From: Alphaproteobacteria bacterium
GTDB lineage: Bacteria; Pseudomonadota; Alphaproteobacteria; Rhodobacterales; Rhodobacteraceae
DNA: 32,588 nt
Direction: 5' to 3'
Assembly: GCA_003696705.1 (NCBI GenBank)
Contig: RFGD01000009.1
Span: forward strand, 1-32,588
The notes under the pieces are model-generated. The model made no database searches. It saw only the letters and a program-made list of their open reading frames with translations, and was not told where the DNA came from. Both the position numbers and the translations under genes were made by a program. The stretch's first letter is position 1. The number at the start of each line of letters is the position of its first letter. This document shows positions 17,267 through 27,138 of the stretch, piece after piece.

Positions 17267-18621
17267 TTAGCCGGCAGGCGCCTGTCCCCCCGCGTCCCCT
17301 TCGGGCGCGGCCGGACTGTCCTGCAGAAGGGCCACCTCGCCGAAGGCGGCGGCGAATTCTGCGGCCTGCCGGGGCGACCACTCGACCTCGACGATCAGCC
17401 CGTCTTCATCGGCGGTTTCCGAGATCACGACGCCTTTCTGGTGGAGCCAGGCCCGGGCACGCCCGTCCTCGTGCCGAAGTCGAAGCGTCGCGCGCCGGCG
17501 CGGCGGGGCAACAAGCTCGTCGACCCGCCGAAGAAGCCGGTCAACGCCTTCGCCGGTCAGCGCCGACACGGCCACCACATCGTCGCGCCGCGCCGCCCTT
17601 CGCCGCATCGCGGCCCGCTCCTCGGGCGGCAGCCGGTCGATCTTGTTCCAGACCTCGACGACGGGAATGCGGTCGCTCACGCCCAGATCGCCCAGGATCG
17701 CGCGCACGTCCTCGGCTGTTCCTCGGTCTCGGGATGAGAGATGTCGCGCACATGCAGGACAAGATCGGCCTCGGTCACCTCCTCGAGCGTGGCGCGGAAA
17801 GCGGCGACAAGCTGTGGCGGCAGGTCCGAGATGAAACCCACCGTATCCGAAAGGATCACCTTCTGCCCCGACGGCAGGACGATGCCCCGCATCGTCGGGT
17901 CGAGGGTCGCGAACAGCATGTCCCTGGCCATCACCTCGGCCCCGGTCAGGCGGTTGAACAGGGTCGACTTCCCGGCATTGGTGTAGCCCACCAAGGCAAC
18001 GACCGGGAACGGCACCCTTGCGCGGGCCGCCCGGTGCAGCTTGCGCGTCCGCACCACCTTGTCGAGCTGGCGGCGGATCCGCGTGATCGCCTCGTCGATG
18101 GCGCGGCGGTCCGCCTCGATCTGGGTCTCGCCCGGGCCGCCGACAAAGCCAAGCCCGCCGCGCTGGCGCTCGAGGTGGGTCCACGCCCGCACGAGGCGCG
18201 TCTTCTGGTAGTTGAGCGCCGCCAGCTCGACCTGAAGCGCGCCCTCGCGCGTGCGCGCCCGGTCGGCGAAGATCTCGAGGATCAGGCCGGTCCGATCGAG
18301 GATCTTGACGTTCCAGGCCTTCTCGAGGTTGCGCTGCTGAACGGGCGTCACCGGCCCGTCGACAAGGACAAGGCCGACGTCCGCCTCTTCGAAGGTGGCG
18401 CCAAGCTCCTCGACCTTGCCCGGTCCGAACAGATACCCCGGCCGCGGCCGCGCGATGGGCACGACCGAGGCGCCGACGACCTCGATCCCGGGCAGCGCCT
18501 CGGCAAGCGCCACGGCCTCTTCCAGCGCCCGTTCCGGCGCGCGCCGACGCGGCGCCGATCGGATGTCCGGGTGGAGAACCCAGGCCCGCGTCGGACGGGT
18601 CCCTGTGGCGTGGGCGCTCAG
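17267..18621 (-). pseudogene. hflX: GTPase HflX, reading frame interrupted by an apparent 1-nt deletion near 17716; 5' end uncertain
   Basis: ORF 17677..18513 encodes the HflX N-terminal and G domains (GYTNAGKSTLFN, DTVGFI, VLHVRDISHPETEEQ). ORF 17267..18184 continues the homology in a different frame (AEDVRAILGDLG...WNKID...SALTGEG). In-frame homology (TRAWVLHPDIRS) also extends upstream of the GTG at 18513, almost to the hfq stop. Confidence 0.8.
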
Positions 18622-18851
18622 TCCTCGACCTCGTGCAACGAGATGGGCTGCGACGGCATCACCGTCGAGATGGCGTGCTTGTAGACAAGCTGGGACTGGC
18701 CGTCGCGACGCAGAAGCACGCAGAAGTTGTCAAACCAGGTGATGACACCCTGAAGTTTCACGCCGTTGATGAGAAAGATCGTCACGGGAACCTTGTTCTT
18801 CCGGACGTGGTTGAGAAAGACATCCTGCAAATTCTGCTTGTCGGCAGCCAT
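18618..18851 (-). CDS. hfq: RNA chaperone Hfq
   Basis: 77 aa: [47 protein letters not shown]...YKHAISTV, with canonical Sm1/Sm2 motifs. Confidence 0.97.
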   Translation of the reverse strand: MAADKQNLQDVFLNHVRKNKVPVTIFLINGVKLQGVITWFDNFCVLLRRDGQSQLVYKHAISTVMPSQPISLHEVED

Positions 18852-18953
18852 CGGTTCTGTCGCCTTCCTGTTGCAGCCCTGAGGCGGGCCTTTCTTGTGG
18901 TTGCGCTTGTCACTATGTCGCGCAAGGCGCCGAGTTTCCAGCCCTAATCGGCC

Positions 18954-20465
18954 CTAGCTGCGCCACAAATCGGGGTTGAACAGGGCCACGAGCGCAAGCG
19001 TTTCGAGCCGTCCGAGGGTCATGGCCGCCGCCAGGACGAACTTGACGCCGTCAGACAGCGAGGAATAGGCCACCGGCTCGGTCGCCGCAGCGGCGGCAAC
19101 GGGACCGGTGTTCGACAGCGCCGCCGTGGTCAGGACAAGCGCCGGTTCGAAGGCGATGCCGAAAAGCGACAGGGCCAGCATCAGCACCGCGACCGAGACG
19201 ATGAACAGCATGAAGAACACCCAGGCGTTGAACGCCCCGCCACGGCGCATCTGCCGCTGAAGCGGTCCGCCGCCGGCGACGAGCGACGGGTAGACGAGCC
19301 GCTCGAGCTCTCGCTCGCCATGGCGCAAGAGCGCATAGACCCGCAAGAGCTTGACACCGCCCGCCGTCGTCCCTGCCCCGCCGCCGACAAGTGCCAGCCC
19401 CGCCAGGACAAGTCCCGGCGTGTGGAGCCCCGACCAGACCTGCGCGCCCTCCCAGTCCGAGATCGTGAAACCGGCGGTCGTCAGGAAGGAAAGGGTCGTG
19501 AAAAAGATCCCCCAAAGGGCGCGGGCGGCCTCGACGGGGCCCGACCGCAGCTCATCGTCGATCGTTCCGGCCCAGTGACGGAGGAACAGAAGGCACGTCA
19601 CCACAAGGACAATGGCCGCCCCCATGCGCAGTTCCGGGTCGGCAAGGGCGCGGCTTTCCCCGCCGGGCGGCGTCCAGCGGGAAAAGGTGACCCGCGACAG
19701 CGCGAATACAAGCCCGACCACGATCGCCAGCGGCGCCAGCTGTCCGGCCGCGCCGTTCTCGAGCCCGCCGACGGGCGAGATGCCGCTTGTCGAAACCGTC
19801 GACAGCGCGTGGCAGAAGGCCACGAAGGACGTCTCGCCCACGATGACCTGCGCGAACCAGAGCACGGCAGTGATCGCGGCATAGACGGGCAGAAGCTCGC
19901 GCGCGTGGCGCAGAAGGCGGTCGGCCTCTCCCTCACCGGGCATCGACGGCTGGCGGCGGCCGCCCGGCGTGCCGCTGATCATCAACACCTCGTAGCCACC
20001 GAGGTTGGCGGGCGCCAGGATCGCCACCGCCGCGACCCAGATCAGGAACCCCCCGAGCCAGCCGACCAGGGCGCGCCACAGATGGATCGAGGGCGGCACC
20101 TCGGCCGGCACGTCAAGAAGCGTGGCGCCCGTCGTCGTCACGCTCGAGACCATCTCGAACCAGGCATCGCGATAGGCCAGCCAGGGCATGAGCTCGTGCA
20201 CCGGGAAGGCCAGGAAGACAGGCAGCACGAAAAAGGCCGCGAACAGCGTCAGAAGATGCCCGCGCAGCGGCCGCGCAGATCTGTGCCCCCAGGTCGCGAC
20301 GGCCAAGAGGCTGGTCAGCATCAGAACAAGCGCCGCGGAATAGACGAAGACGCGCCCGGTACGCCAGTCGCCAATGGCCGCGGCGTGCACCGCCGGGACC
20401 AGCATCGCCACCGCAGAAATCCCGACAAGGGCGACGAACAGCGGGATGGGAAGCGCGCGACGCAT
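18954..20465 (-). CDS. trkH: Trk-system potassium uptake protein, TrkH family membrane subunit
   Basis: 503-aa polytopic membrane protein with TrkH-like repeated M1-P-M2 segments (TTTGATLL, STSGISP, TTAGFT, TTAGGVKL, SNTGP). It lies immediately downstream of trkA. Confidence 0.88.
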   Translation of the reverse strand: MRRALPIPLFVALVGISAVAMLVPAVHAAAIGDWRTGRVFVYSAALVLMLTSLLAVATWGHRSARPLRGHLLTLFAAFFVLPVFLAFPVHELMPWLAYRDAWFEMVSSVTTTGATLLDVPAEVPPSIHLWRALVGWLGGFLIWVAAVAILAPANLGGYEVLMISGTPGGRRQPSMPGEGEADRLLRHARELLPVYAAITAVLWFAQVIVGETSFVAFCHALSTVSTSGISPVGGLENGAAGQLAPLAIVVGLVFALSRVTFSRWTPPGGESRALADPELRMGAAIVLVVTCLLFLRHWAGTIDDELRSGPVEAARALWGIFFTTLSFLTTAGFTISDWEGAQVWSGLHTPGLVLAGLALVGGGAGTTAGGVKLLRVYALLRHGERELERLVYPSLVAGGGPLQRQMRRGGAFNAWVFFMLFIVSVAVLMLALSLFGIAFEPALVLTTAALSNTGPVAAAAATEPVAYSSLSDGVKFVLAAAMTLGRLETLALVALFNPDLWRS

Positions 20466-20477
20466 CGCCCCGCGGGC

Positions 20478-21854
20478 TCAGAAATACTCGACCGACACTT
20501 GCAGAAGGCGCTCGACCTCCGGCACGTCGTCGGCCAGCGAGAAGATGACGATCCGGTCGCCCGCGTCGATCCGCGTCGCGCCTTCGGGCCGCACGAAAGT
20601 CTCTCCCTTCAGGATGCCGCCGACCAGGACGCCCTCGGGGAACTCGATGTCGCGGATGTGCTTGCCGGCGATCGGCGAATTCGACATGACCACGGCCTCG
20701 ATGACCTCGCCCTCGGCATCGCCGACCGAGTAGATGGCGCGCACCCGCCCGTGCCGGATATGGCGCAGGATCGAGGACACCGTCGTGGCCCTCGGGTTGA
20801 TGTAGGCGTCGATCCCGAGCGGATCCATTAGCGACGTCATCGTCGGATCGTTGACCAGCGCAATCGCCATGGCGCAGCCCTCGGTCTTGGCGCGGACCGA
20901 GGCCAGAAGGTTCGTCTTGTCGTCGTCGGTCAGCGCCAGGATCGCATCGGCGCGCGAGATGTTGGCCTCGGCCAGGAGGGCGACGTCAAGCCCGTCACCG
21001 TTCAGCACGATCGTGCGCTCGAGCGCGTCGGCCACCGCCTCGGCGCGGGCGCGGTCGCGCTCGATGACCTTGGCGCGGATACGCTGCGGCAAGGCCTCGA
21101 GGCGCCGCGCCACCTCAAGACCGACGTTCCCGCCCCCAAGGATGACGACCCGTTCGCGCCGCGCGGTCGCCTTGCCGAAGATCTCGAGCGTTCGCCCGGC
21201 GTCATCGGTGTGCGACAGGACATAGACCTGATCGCCGGCATAGATCTGGTCCTCGGGCTCGGGGGCGAACAGGCGCCGGCCGCGGCGAACGGCCAGAACG
21301 GTCGCACGCAGCGTCGAGAACAGCTCGGTCAGCTGGCGAAGCGGCGTGTTGACGACCGGACAGTCGTCGTCGATGGCAATGCCCAGAAGCTGGGCCCTGC
21401 CATCCAGAAAGGGCTCGATGTCGAAGGTGGCCGGGGCCAGAAGGCGGCGCACGGCGGCCTCGGCCACCTCGCGCTCGGGGCTGATGACGACGTCGATCGG
21501 CAGATGCTCTCGGCGGTAGAGACCGGCGTTGATGGCATCAAGATAGCTTTGCGCACGCAGCCGGGCGATCTTGCGCGGCACCTCGAAGATCGAGTGCGCG
21601 ACCTGACAGGTCACCATGTTGACCTCGTCCGAATGCGTGGCCGCGATGACCATGTCCGCATCCGCCGCCCCGGCACGTTCGAGCACATCCGGATACGAGG
21701 CGTGCCCCGCCACCCCCTGGACGTCCAGCGCGTCGATGGCGCGGCGGACCAGAAGCGGGTCCCTGTCGACAACGGTGACGTCGTTCTGCTCGGACGAGAG
21801 GTGGCGCGCGATCTGCCAGCCGACCTGGCCCGCACCGCAGATGATAACCTTCAT
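20478..21854 (-). CDS. trkA: Trk-system potassium uptake protein TrkA (NAD-binding peripheral subunit)
   Basis: 458 aa with two tandem RCK/TrkA-N Rossmann repeats (MKVIICGAGQVG and VVILGGGNVG). Confidence 0.93.
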   Translation of the reverse strand: MKVIICGAGQVGWQIARHLSSEQNDVTVVDRDPLLVRRAIDALDVQGVAGHASYPDVLERAGAADADMVIAATHSDEVNMVTCQVAHSIFEVPRKIARLRAQSYLDAINAGLYRREHLPIDVVISPEREVAEAAVRRLLAPATFDIEPFLDGRAQLLGIAIDDDCPVVNTPLRQLTELFSTLRATVLAVRRGRRLFAPEPEDQIYAGDQVYVLSHTDDAGRTLEIFGKATARRERVVILGGGNVGLEVARRLEALPQRIRAKVIERDRARAEAVADALERTIVLNGDGLDVALLAEANISRADAILALTDDDKTNLLASVRAKTEGCAMAIALVNDPTMTSLMDPLGIDAYINPRATTVSSILRHIRHGRVRAIYSVGDAEGEVIEAVVMSNSPIAGKHIRDIEFPEGVLVGGILKGETFVRPEGATRIDAGDRIVIFSLADDVPEVERLLQVSVEYF

Positions 21855-21940
21855 GACGCCCCTCTTGCGTTCCGGCTGCCCTTACTTGGCAAATGCCCGC
21901 AAGCGCGTCAATCCGCCGCCCGGCCGCCGTCGCGTCGGCG

Positions 21941-23353
21941 TCACTTGCCTGACGCGTCCGCCTCCTCGACGCGCGCGACCCGGGCCCCGGCCCGGTTCGA
22001 GGTCACGATGTTGAGCGACTTGAGCTTGCGATGCAGCGCCGAACGCTCCATGCCGACGAAATTCGCGGTTCTCGAGATGTTGCCGCCGAAGCGGTTGATC
22101 TGGGTGAGGAGATAGGCCCGCTCGAACATCTCCCGCGCCTCGCGCAGGGGCAATGCGGCCAGGGCGCCGCTCAGCGTGATCTCCTCGTCGGACTCGGCCT
22201 CGGTGTCGCCGCGCGGGATCTCGCGCGCCGTGATCGGCCCGGTCCCCTCGCCCAGGATCAGGACCCGCTCGACGACATTGCGCAGCTGGCGCACGTTGCC
22301 CGGCCAGCTCATGGTCTGAAGGACCGCGGCGGCCTCGTCCGACAGTTCGCGCATCGGCAGACCCTCGGTGCGGTGGAACTCGTCGATGAAATGCCGGGCC
22401 AGTTCGGGAATGTCCTCGCGCCGCTCCTCGAGAGACGGAACCGCGATCGGCACCACGTTCAGCCGATGATAGAGCTCCTCGCGGAAGCGCCCGTCCTCGA
22501 TGGCGCGCGGAAGATCGGCACGCGTCGAGGACATGACCCGCACGTCGACGCGCACCTTGTCGCCGCCTCCCACCCGCGTGAACGTCTGGTCGACAAGGAC
22601 GCGCAGGATCTTCGACTGCGTCCCAAGGGGCATGTCGGCCACCTCGTCGAAGTAGAGGACGCCGCCGTGCGCCTCTTCCAGAAGGCCGCGCTCGACGCCC
22701 CGGTCCGGGCTTTCGCGCCCGAAGAGCACCTCTTCCATCCGGTCGGGTTCGATGGCCGCGCAGGCGACCGAGACGAACGGCCCGTCGGCGCGGTTCGAAT
22801 GGGCGTGGATATAGCGCGCGGCCGTCTCCTTGCCCACGCCGGCGGGTCCCGTCAGCATCACGCGGCTGTTCGATCGCGTCACCTTGTCAAGCTGGGACTT
22901 CAGCGCCCGGAACGCCGGCGAACTGCCCACCATGACCGAAAGCGCCGTCTCTCGGCGGCGCAGTTCGGCGTTCTCGCGGCGCAGGCGCGAGGCCTCCATC
23001 GCGCGCCGGATCACGACCATCAGCTGGTCGATGTTGAAGGGCTTCTCGATGAAGTCATAGGCGCCCTGCTTGATCGCGGCGACGGCGATCTCGATGTTCC
23101 CGTGCCCCGAGATGATGACGACAGGGATGTCGGGATTGTCGCGCTTGACCGTCTTCAGGATGTCGATGCCATCCATCCGGCTGTCCTTCAGCCAGATGTC
23201 GAGGATGATGAGGCCGGGCGGCTCGGAATTGATCGCCTGCATGCATTCGTCGGAATTGGCGGCAAGACGTGTCTGATAGCCCTCGTCCCGCAGAATGTCC
23301 GAGATGAGTTCGCGGATATCGCGTTCATCGTCGACGATCAGGATATCGCTCAT
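21941..23353 (-). CDS. ntrX: response regulator NtrX (receiver, AAA+ and HTH domains)
   Basis: Receiver domain (ILIVDDERDIR..D..K), AAA+ Walker A GPAGVGKE, Walker B YFDEVAD, a C-terminal Fis-type HTH, and its position directly downstream of ntrY. Confidence 0.92.
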   Translation of the reverse strand: MSDILIVDDERDIRELISDILRDEGYQTRLAANSDECMQAINSEPPGLIILDIWLKDSRMDGIDILKTVKRDNPDIPVVIISGHGNIEIAVAAIKQGAYDFIEKPFNIDQLMVVIRRAMEASRLRRENAELRRRETALSVMVGSSPAFRALKSQLDKVTRSNSRVMLTGPAGVGKETAARYIHAHSNRADGPFVSVACAAIEPDRMEEVLFGRESPDRGVERGLLEEAHGGVLYFDEVADMPLGTQSKILRVLVDQTFTRVGGGDKVRVDVRVMSSTRADLPRAIEDGRFREELYHRLNVVPIAVPSLEERREDIPELARHFIDEFHRTEGLPMRELSDEAAAVLQTMSWPGNVRQLRNVVERVLILGEGTGPITAREIPRGDTEAESDEEITLSGALAALPLREAREMFERAYLLTQINRFGGNISRTANFVGMERSALHRKLKSLNIVTSNRAGARVARVEEADASGK

Positions 23354-23420
23354 GCCAGAACCTCCCGGGCGGGCGCCCGATATCTTGTTTGTGTCGTTCT
23401 TCCGGAAACGGCCTGTCCCA

Positions 23421-25736
23421 TCACGCCACCTCCGACGTCGGCCGCGCGCCGTCCTCGGCCTCGAGGACGGGAAGTGTGACGCGCGCCTCGGCCCCGCGCC
23501 AGTCGGTATCGTCGAACGGCTCGGCGTCGGACAGTTCCAGCTGGCCGCCGTGCTCTTCGACGATCTTGCGCACGATCGGCAGGCCGAGACCCGTGCCCTT
23601 CTCTCGTGTGGTCACGTAGGGCTCGAACAGGCGCGCCCGATCCGGCGGCAGCCCGATGCCGTTGTCGGCGATGGAGATCCGCACCTGCCCGTCGCCACCG
23701 GCGACGGTCACGCGGATCTCCGGCGTCCAGCCCTCGTCGCCCATCTTTTCCCTTCTTGCCTCAATGGCTTCGCCTGCGTTCTTGATGAGATTTGTCAGGG
23801 CCTGGCCCAGCATGGTCTGGTCGACCTCGGCCCGGATCGGCGTCTCGGGCAGGGTCACGCTCATGCGCACGCCCGGCATTGCCGCCTCTTGCAGCGTGAC
23901 GGCGTCGCGGACAAGAGCGACGACGTCATGGGCCGCGCGGTCGGGCTCGGGCATGCGGGCGAAGCGAGAGAACTCGTCGACAATGCGGCGCAGGTCGTTC
24001 GTCTGGCGCACGATGACCTCGGTCATCTGCTCGAGGTCGGCGGCATCCTCGGGCGGCAGCTGGCGGCGATACTTGCGCTTGATCCGCTCGGCCGAGAGCT
24101 GAATGGGCGTCAGGGGGTTCTTGATCTCGTGCGCGATGCGGCGGGCAACGTCGCCCCAGGCCGCCATGCGCTGGGCCGAGACAAGGTCGGTCACGTCGTC
24201 GAAGGCAAGGACATAGCCTTCCAGGATGTCGTTCGCCTTTCGGCGGACCGACAGTCGCGCAAGAAGGTGTTCGACCCGCCCGTCGCGGCTCACGCGGACC
24301 TCTTCCTGCGCGCTTTCCCCGGTGCCTTCCCGCAGCTTCCGGAACAGCCCCATGAATTCGGGGGCGACCTTCGCAAGCTCGGCGCCATGTTCCGGCTTGG
24401 CCTCCAGCCCCAGAAGGCGCATGGCCGACCGGTTCATGAAATCGATGCGGCCTTCGGCGTCCAGGCCGATGACGCCCGCCGTCACCGAGCCGAGCACCGA
24501 ATCAAACAGTCGCCGGCGGCGCTCGCTCTGGCGGTGGCTTTCGAGGATCGCCTCGCGCTGGGCCTTGAGCTGGCGCGTCATCTGGTTGAAGAGCCGTCCC
24601 AGCATGCCGATCTCGTCGGTGTCACCCGTGTCGGTGACCTGCACGTCGAGGTCGCCCTGGCCGACGCGCTGGGCCGCCGAGGCAAGCCTGCCCACCGGCT
24701 GGGCGATGCGCTCGGCAAACCAGAGCCCGAGCCAGATCGACGCGATGATGAGAAGCGTCGCGAACCCGATGTAGAGAAGCCCGAATTCGAACAGAAGCCG
24801 TCCCCGCTCGGCCTCGAGCCGGCGGTAGAAGGCCACCGTCTCCTTCGTGTCGTCCAGAAGATTGAGAAGGGCGCCGTCGACCTCTCGGGTAATGTAGAGG
24901 TAGCGGTCGACGAAGCTGTCGAGCCGCACGAGCGCCCGGAACTCGTCATTGTTCCAGTCCTCGATGATGACCACCTCGCCGGCGCGGGCGCGGGCCATCT
25001 CGTCGTCCGAGGGGCGCTCGAAGTCGAACAGATAGCTGCGGTCGCCGCGGGCGCGAATGTCGCCGGTTCCGTCGAGCACGTAGGCTTCCTTGATGCCGCG
25101 CTGGATCTGCCCCTGCGCCTGGACGAGAAGCTGGCGCAGCTCTCCGTCAGGCAGGAAGGGAAGGTTCCGCCGGGCTTCGGACAGGAAACGCGCCAGCGCG
25201 CGGGCGTCCGCCTCGAGGGCCGAGCGGTGCTCCTGCTCGTAAGCCTCGGCCGCGGCCATCGAGGCGCCGACCACCCGCTGAACCCGGTCCGAGAACCAGC
25301 CCTCGAGGCCGAAGTTCACCGTCAGCGTGGCAAAGACCGCCACAAGGACCGTCGGCACCAGCGCGACCAGCGCAAACACCCCCGTCAGACGCAGGTGCAA
25401 ACGCGATCCCGCCGACCGCGCCCGCCGCGCCGCAATCATCCGCGCGACGCGGATGAGGACCATCGCCGTCAGCGCAAGGACATAGACAAGGTCGGTCAGA
25501 AGAAGAAGCCGAAGCCCGGTCGATGTGGTGACTTCGCCAAGCGGCCCCAGGACGAGATAGGTCGCCAGCGCCAGGACCGGCCCCAACACCACGAGCCCCA
25601 GCGTCGCCGCGTTGCGCACGCGCCGCTGGCGCCGCAGACGCACCAGCCTTTGGAATGTCGCGCTGTTTCCGGGACCACTCAACGTATCGACCCTGCACCG
25701 CAAGACCACCACATGATGTGGTTGGCTGTCGGGCAT
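23421..25736 (-). CDS. ntrY: sensor histidine kinase NtrY
   Basis: 771 aa with N-terminal TM segments, HAMP (AERIAQPVGRLASAAQRVGQGDL), a PAS-like region, H-box [18 protein letters not shown], and HATPase motifs (NLIKNAGEA, DNGIGLP, GTGLGL). Confidence 0.92.
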   Translation of the reverse strand: MPDSQPHHVVVLRCRVDTLSGPGNSATFQRLVRLRRQRRVRNAATLGLVVLGPVLALATYLVLGPLGEVTTSTGLRLLLLTDLVYVLALTAMVLIRVARMIAARRARSAGSRLHLRLTGVFALVALVPTVLVAVFATLTVNFGLEGWFSDRVQRVVGASMAAAEAYEQEHRSALEADARALARFLSEARRNLPFLPDGELRQLLVQAQGQIQRGIKEAYVLDGTGDIRARGDRSYLFDFERPSDDEMARARAGEVVIIEDWNNDEFRALVRLDSFVDRYLYITREVDGALLNLLDDTKETVAFYRRLEAERGRLLFEFGLLYIGFATLLIIASIWLGLWFAERIAQPVGRLASAAQRVGQGDLDVQVTDTGDTDEIGMLGRLFNQMTRQLKAQREAILESHRQSERRRRLFDSVLGSVTAGVIGLDAEGRIDFMNRSAMRLLGLEAKPEHGAELAKVAPEFMGLFRKLREGTGESAQEEVRVSRDGRVEHLLARLSVRRKANDILEGYVLAFDDVTDLVSAQRMAAWGDVARRIAHEIKNPLTPIQLSAERIKRKYRRQLPPEDAADLEQMTEVIVRQTNDLRRIVDEFSRFARMPEPDRAAHDVVALVRDAVTLQEAAMPGVRMSVTLPETPIRAEVDQTMLGQALTNLIKNAGEAIEARREKMGDEGWTPEIRVTVAGGDGQVRISIADNGIGLPPDRARLFEPYVTTREKGTGLGLPIVRKIVEEHGGQLELSDAEPFDDTDWRGAEARVTLPVLEAEDGARPTSEVA

Positions 25737-25764
25737 AGCCGATATGCAATGCCCTGTTGCCCTT

Positions 25765-27138
25765 TTACATCAATCGGCGCCGTCGTGTCACGGGAATATC
25801 CAGATCCGCGATCTTCTTGCGCAACGTGTTTCGGTTGATGCCCAGAAGTTCCGCCGCCCGGGCCTGATTACCCCCTGTCGCGTCGAGACAAATCTCGATG
25901 AGCGGGTATTCGACCTCGTGCAGGATCCGCTGGTAGATGCCCGGCGGCGGCAGCTCTCCGCGGTGCAGGTCGAAATAGCGCCGAAGGTGGCGACGCACCG
26001 AATCGCCCAACCGATCGCCGTCGCCCGCGGGCGCGGCGCGTTCGGCCCTCGGCTGCTGGCCGAGGATGGCCTCGACCTCGGCCGCGGTGATGGTTTCGCC
26101 CGCGGCGGTGACGGCAAGCCCGCGGATCACGTTTTCGAGCTGACGCACATTCCCGGGCCAGCCATAGCGCAAGAGCGCCGGCAGCGCGTCCTCGGCAAGG
26201 CGCGGGGCGGTGCCGGTCTCTCGCTGGACGCGGGCCAGGAAATGCTCGGCCAACGGGGCGATGTCCTCGAGCCGGGCGACAAGCGGCGGCACGTCGATGG
26301 CGACGCCGGCAAGCCGGTAGTAGAGATCGCTGCGAAATCCGCCGTCGAGAAGCCGTGTCTCGATCCCGGCGCACGCAATGGCGACGATGCGCGGCGCCGG
26401 GTCGGACAGCGCATCGAGCGCCCGCGCAAGACGCAGCTGCGCTTCCGCGGAAAAATCGCCCACCTCGTCGATGACAAGCGTGCCGCCCCGGGCCCGGGCC
26501 ACCAGCCGCTCGACCCCGTCGGGCGCTTCGGCGTCGGCGGCGTTGACGACCACGAACGGCCGGCCGCGACGATCGGAAAAGTCGTGGATGGCCGAAGCGA
26601 TGAGCGATCGGCCGGTCCCCGTCTCTCCGCGCACCAGAACCGGCAGGTCGGCATTCATGACCCGCGCCACCACCTTGTAGAGCGCCTGCATCTCGGCCGT
26701 CCGTCCGACAAGGGGCAGATCCTCGGACAGGGGCGCGGGATCGGGCGTCGTGGCGGGGCGGGCACGCTGACGCCCTTCGGACAGGGCGCGGGCGGCGCGC
26801 TTCATCAGCTCGGGCAGGTCGAAGGGCTTCGGCAGATAGTCATAGGCGTTCCCGTCGGCCGCCTCGATGGCCGTCACGATGGTGTTGCGCGCCGAGATGA
26901 TGATGACCGGCAACTCGGGCCGACTCTCACCGATCTGGCGCAGGGCTTCGAGCCCGCTGCCGTCGGGCATCACCACGTCCGAGATCACCAGATCGCCCCG
27001 CCCCTCGTCCACCCAGCGCATCAGGGTCGCAATCGACGACGTCGCATGCACCTTGCAGCCCGCGCGGGTCAGCGCCCGGGACAGGACCGTGCGGATCGTC
27101 CGGTCGTCGTCGGCAACAAGAACGGTGCCATCCATCAC
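25765..27138 (-). CDS. ntrC: nitrogen regulation response regulator NtrC (GAFTGA-less variant)
   Basis: Receiver domain ([11 protein letters not shown]), AAA+ Walker A GETGTGRS, Walker B VIDEVGD, and a C-terminal Fis-type HTH ([19 protein letters not shown]). The track's start is GTG at 27138. The next codon is ATG (27135), which overlaps the ntrB TGA by 1 nt. Confidence 0.93.
   Translation of the reverse strand: MMDGTVLVADDDRTIRTVLSRALTRAGCKVHATSSIATLMRWVDEGRGDLVISDVVMPDGSGLEALRQIGESRPELPVIIISARNTIVTAIEAADGNAYDYLPKPFDLPELMKRAARALSEGRQRARPATTPDPAPLSEDLPLVGRTAEMQALYKVVARVMNADLPVLVRGETGTGRSLIASAIHDFSDRRGRPFVVVNAADAEAPDGVERLVARARGGTLVIDEVGDFSAEAQLRLARALDALSDPAPRIVAIACAGIETRLLDGGFRSDLYYRLAGVAIDVPPLVARLEDIAPLAEHFLARVQRETGTAPRLAEDALPALLRYGWPGNVRQLENVIRGLAVTAAGETITAAEVEAILGQQPRAERAAPAGDGDRLGDSVRRHLRRYFDLHRGELPPPGIYQRILHEVEYPLIEICLDATGGNQARAAELLGINRNTLRKKIADLDIPVTRRRRLM

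Noticed and set aside
18901-18925. An inverted repeat TTGCGC-N13-GCGCAA, with weak TGGAAA-N17-CATAGT hexamers on the minus strand, upstream of hfq.
   Set aside because: The arms are only 6 bp and the hexamers are weak. It is plausible as an hfq promoter or operator region, but not distinguishable from chance by eye.
21886-21903. A sigma-54-like element TTGGCAAATGCCCGCAAG upstream of trkA.
   Set aside because: The GG-to-GC spacing is 9 nt rather than 10. The motif is also on the plus strand, pointing into the 3' end of ntrX and away from trkA. It is more simply read as the short inverted repeat GGCA-AA-TGCC.
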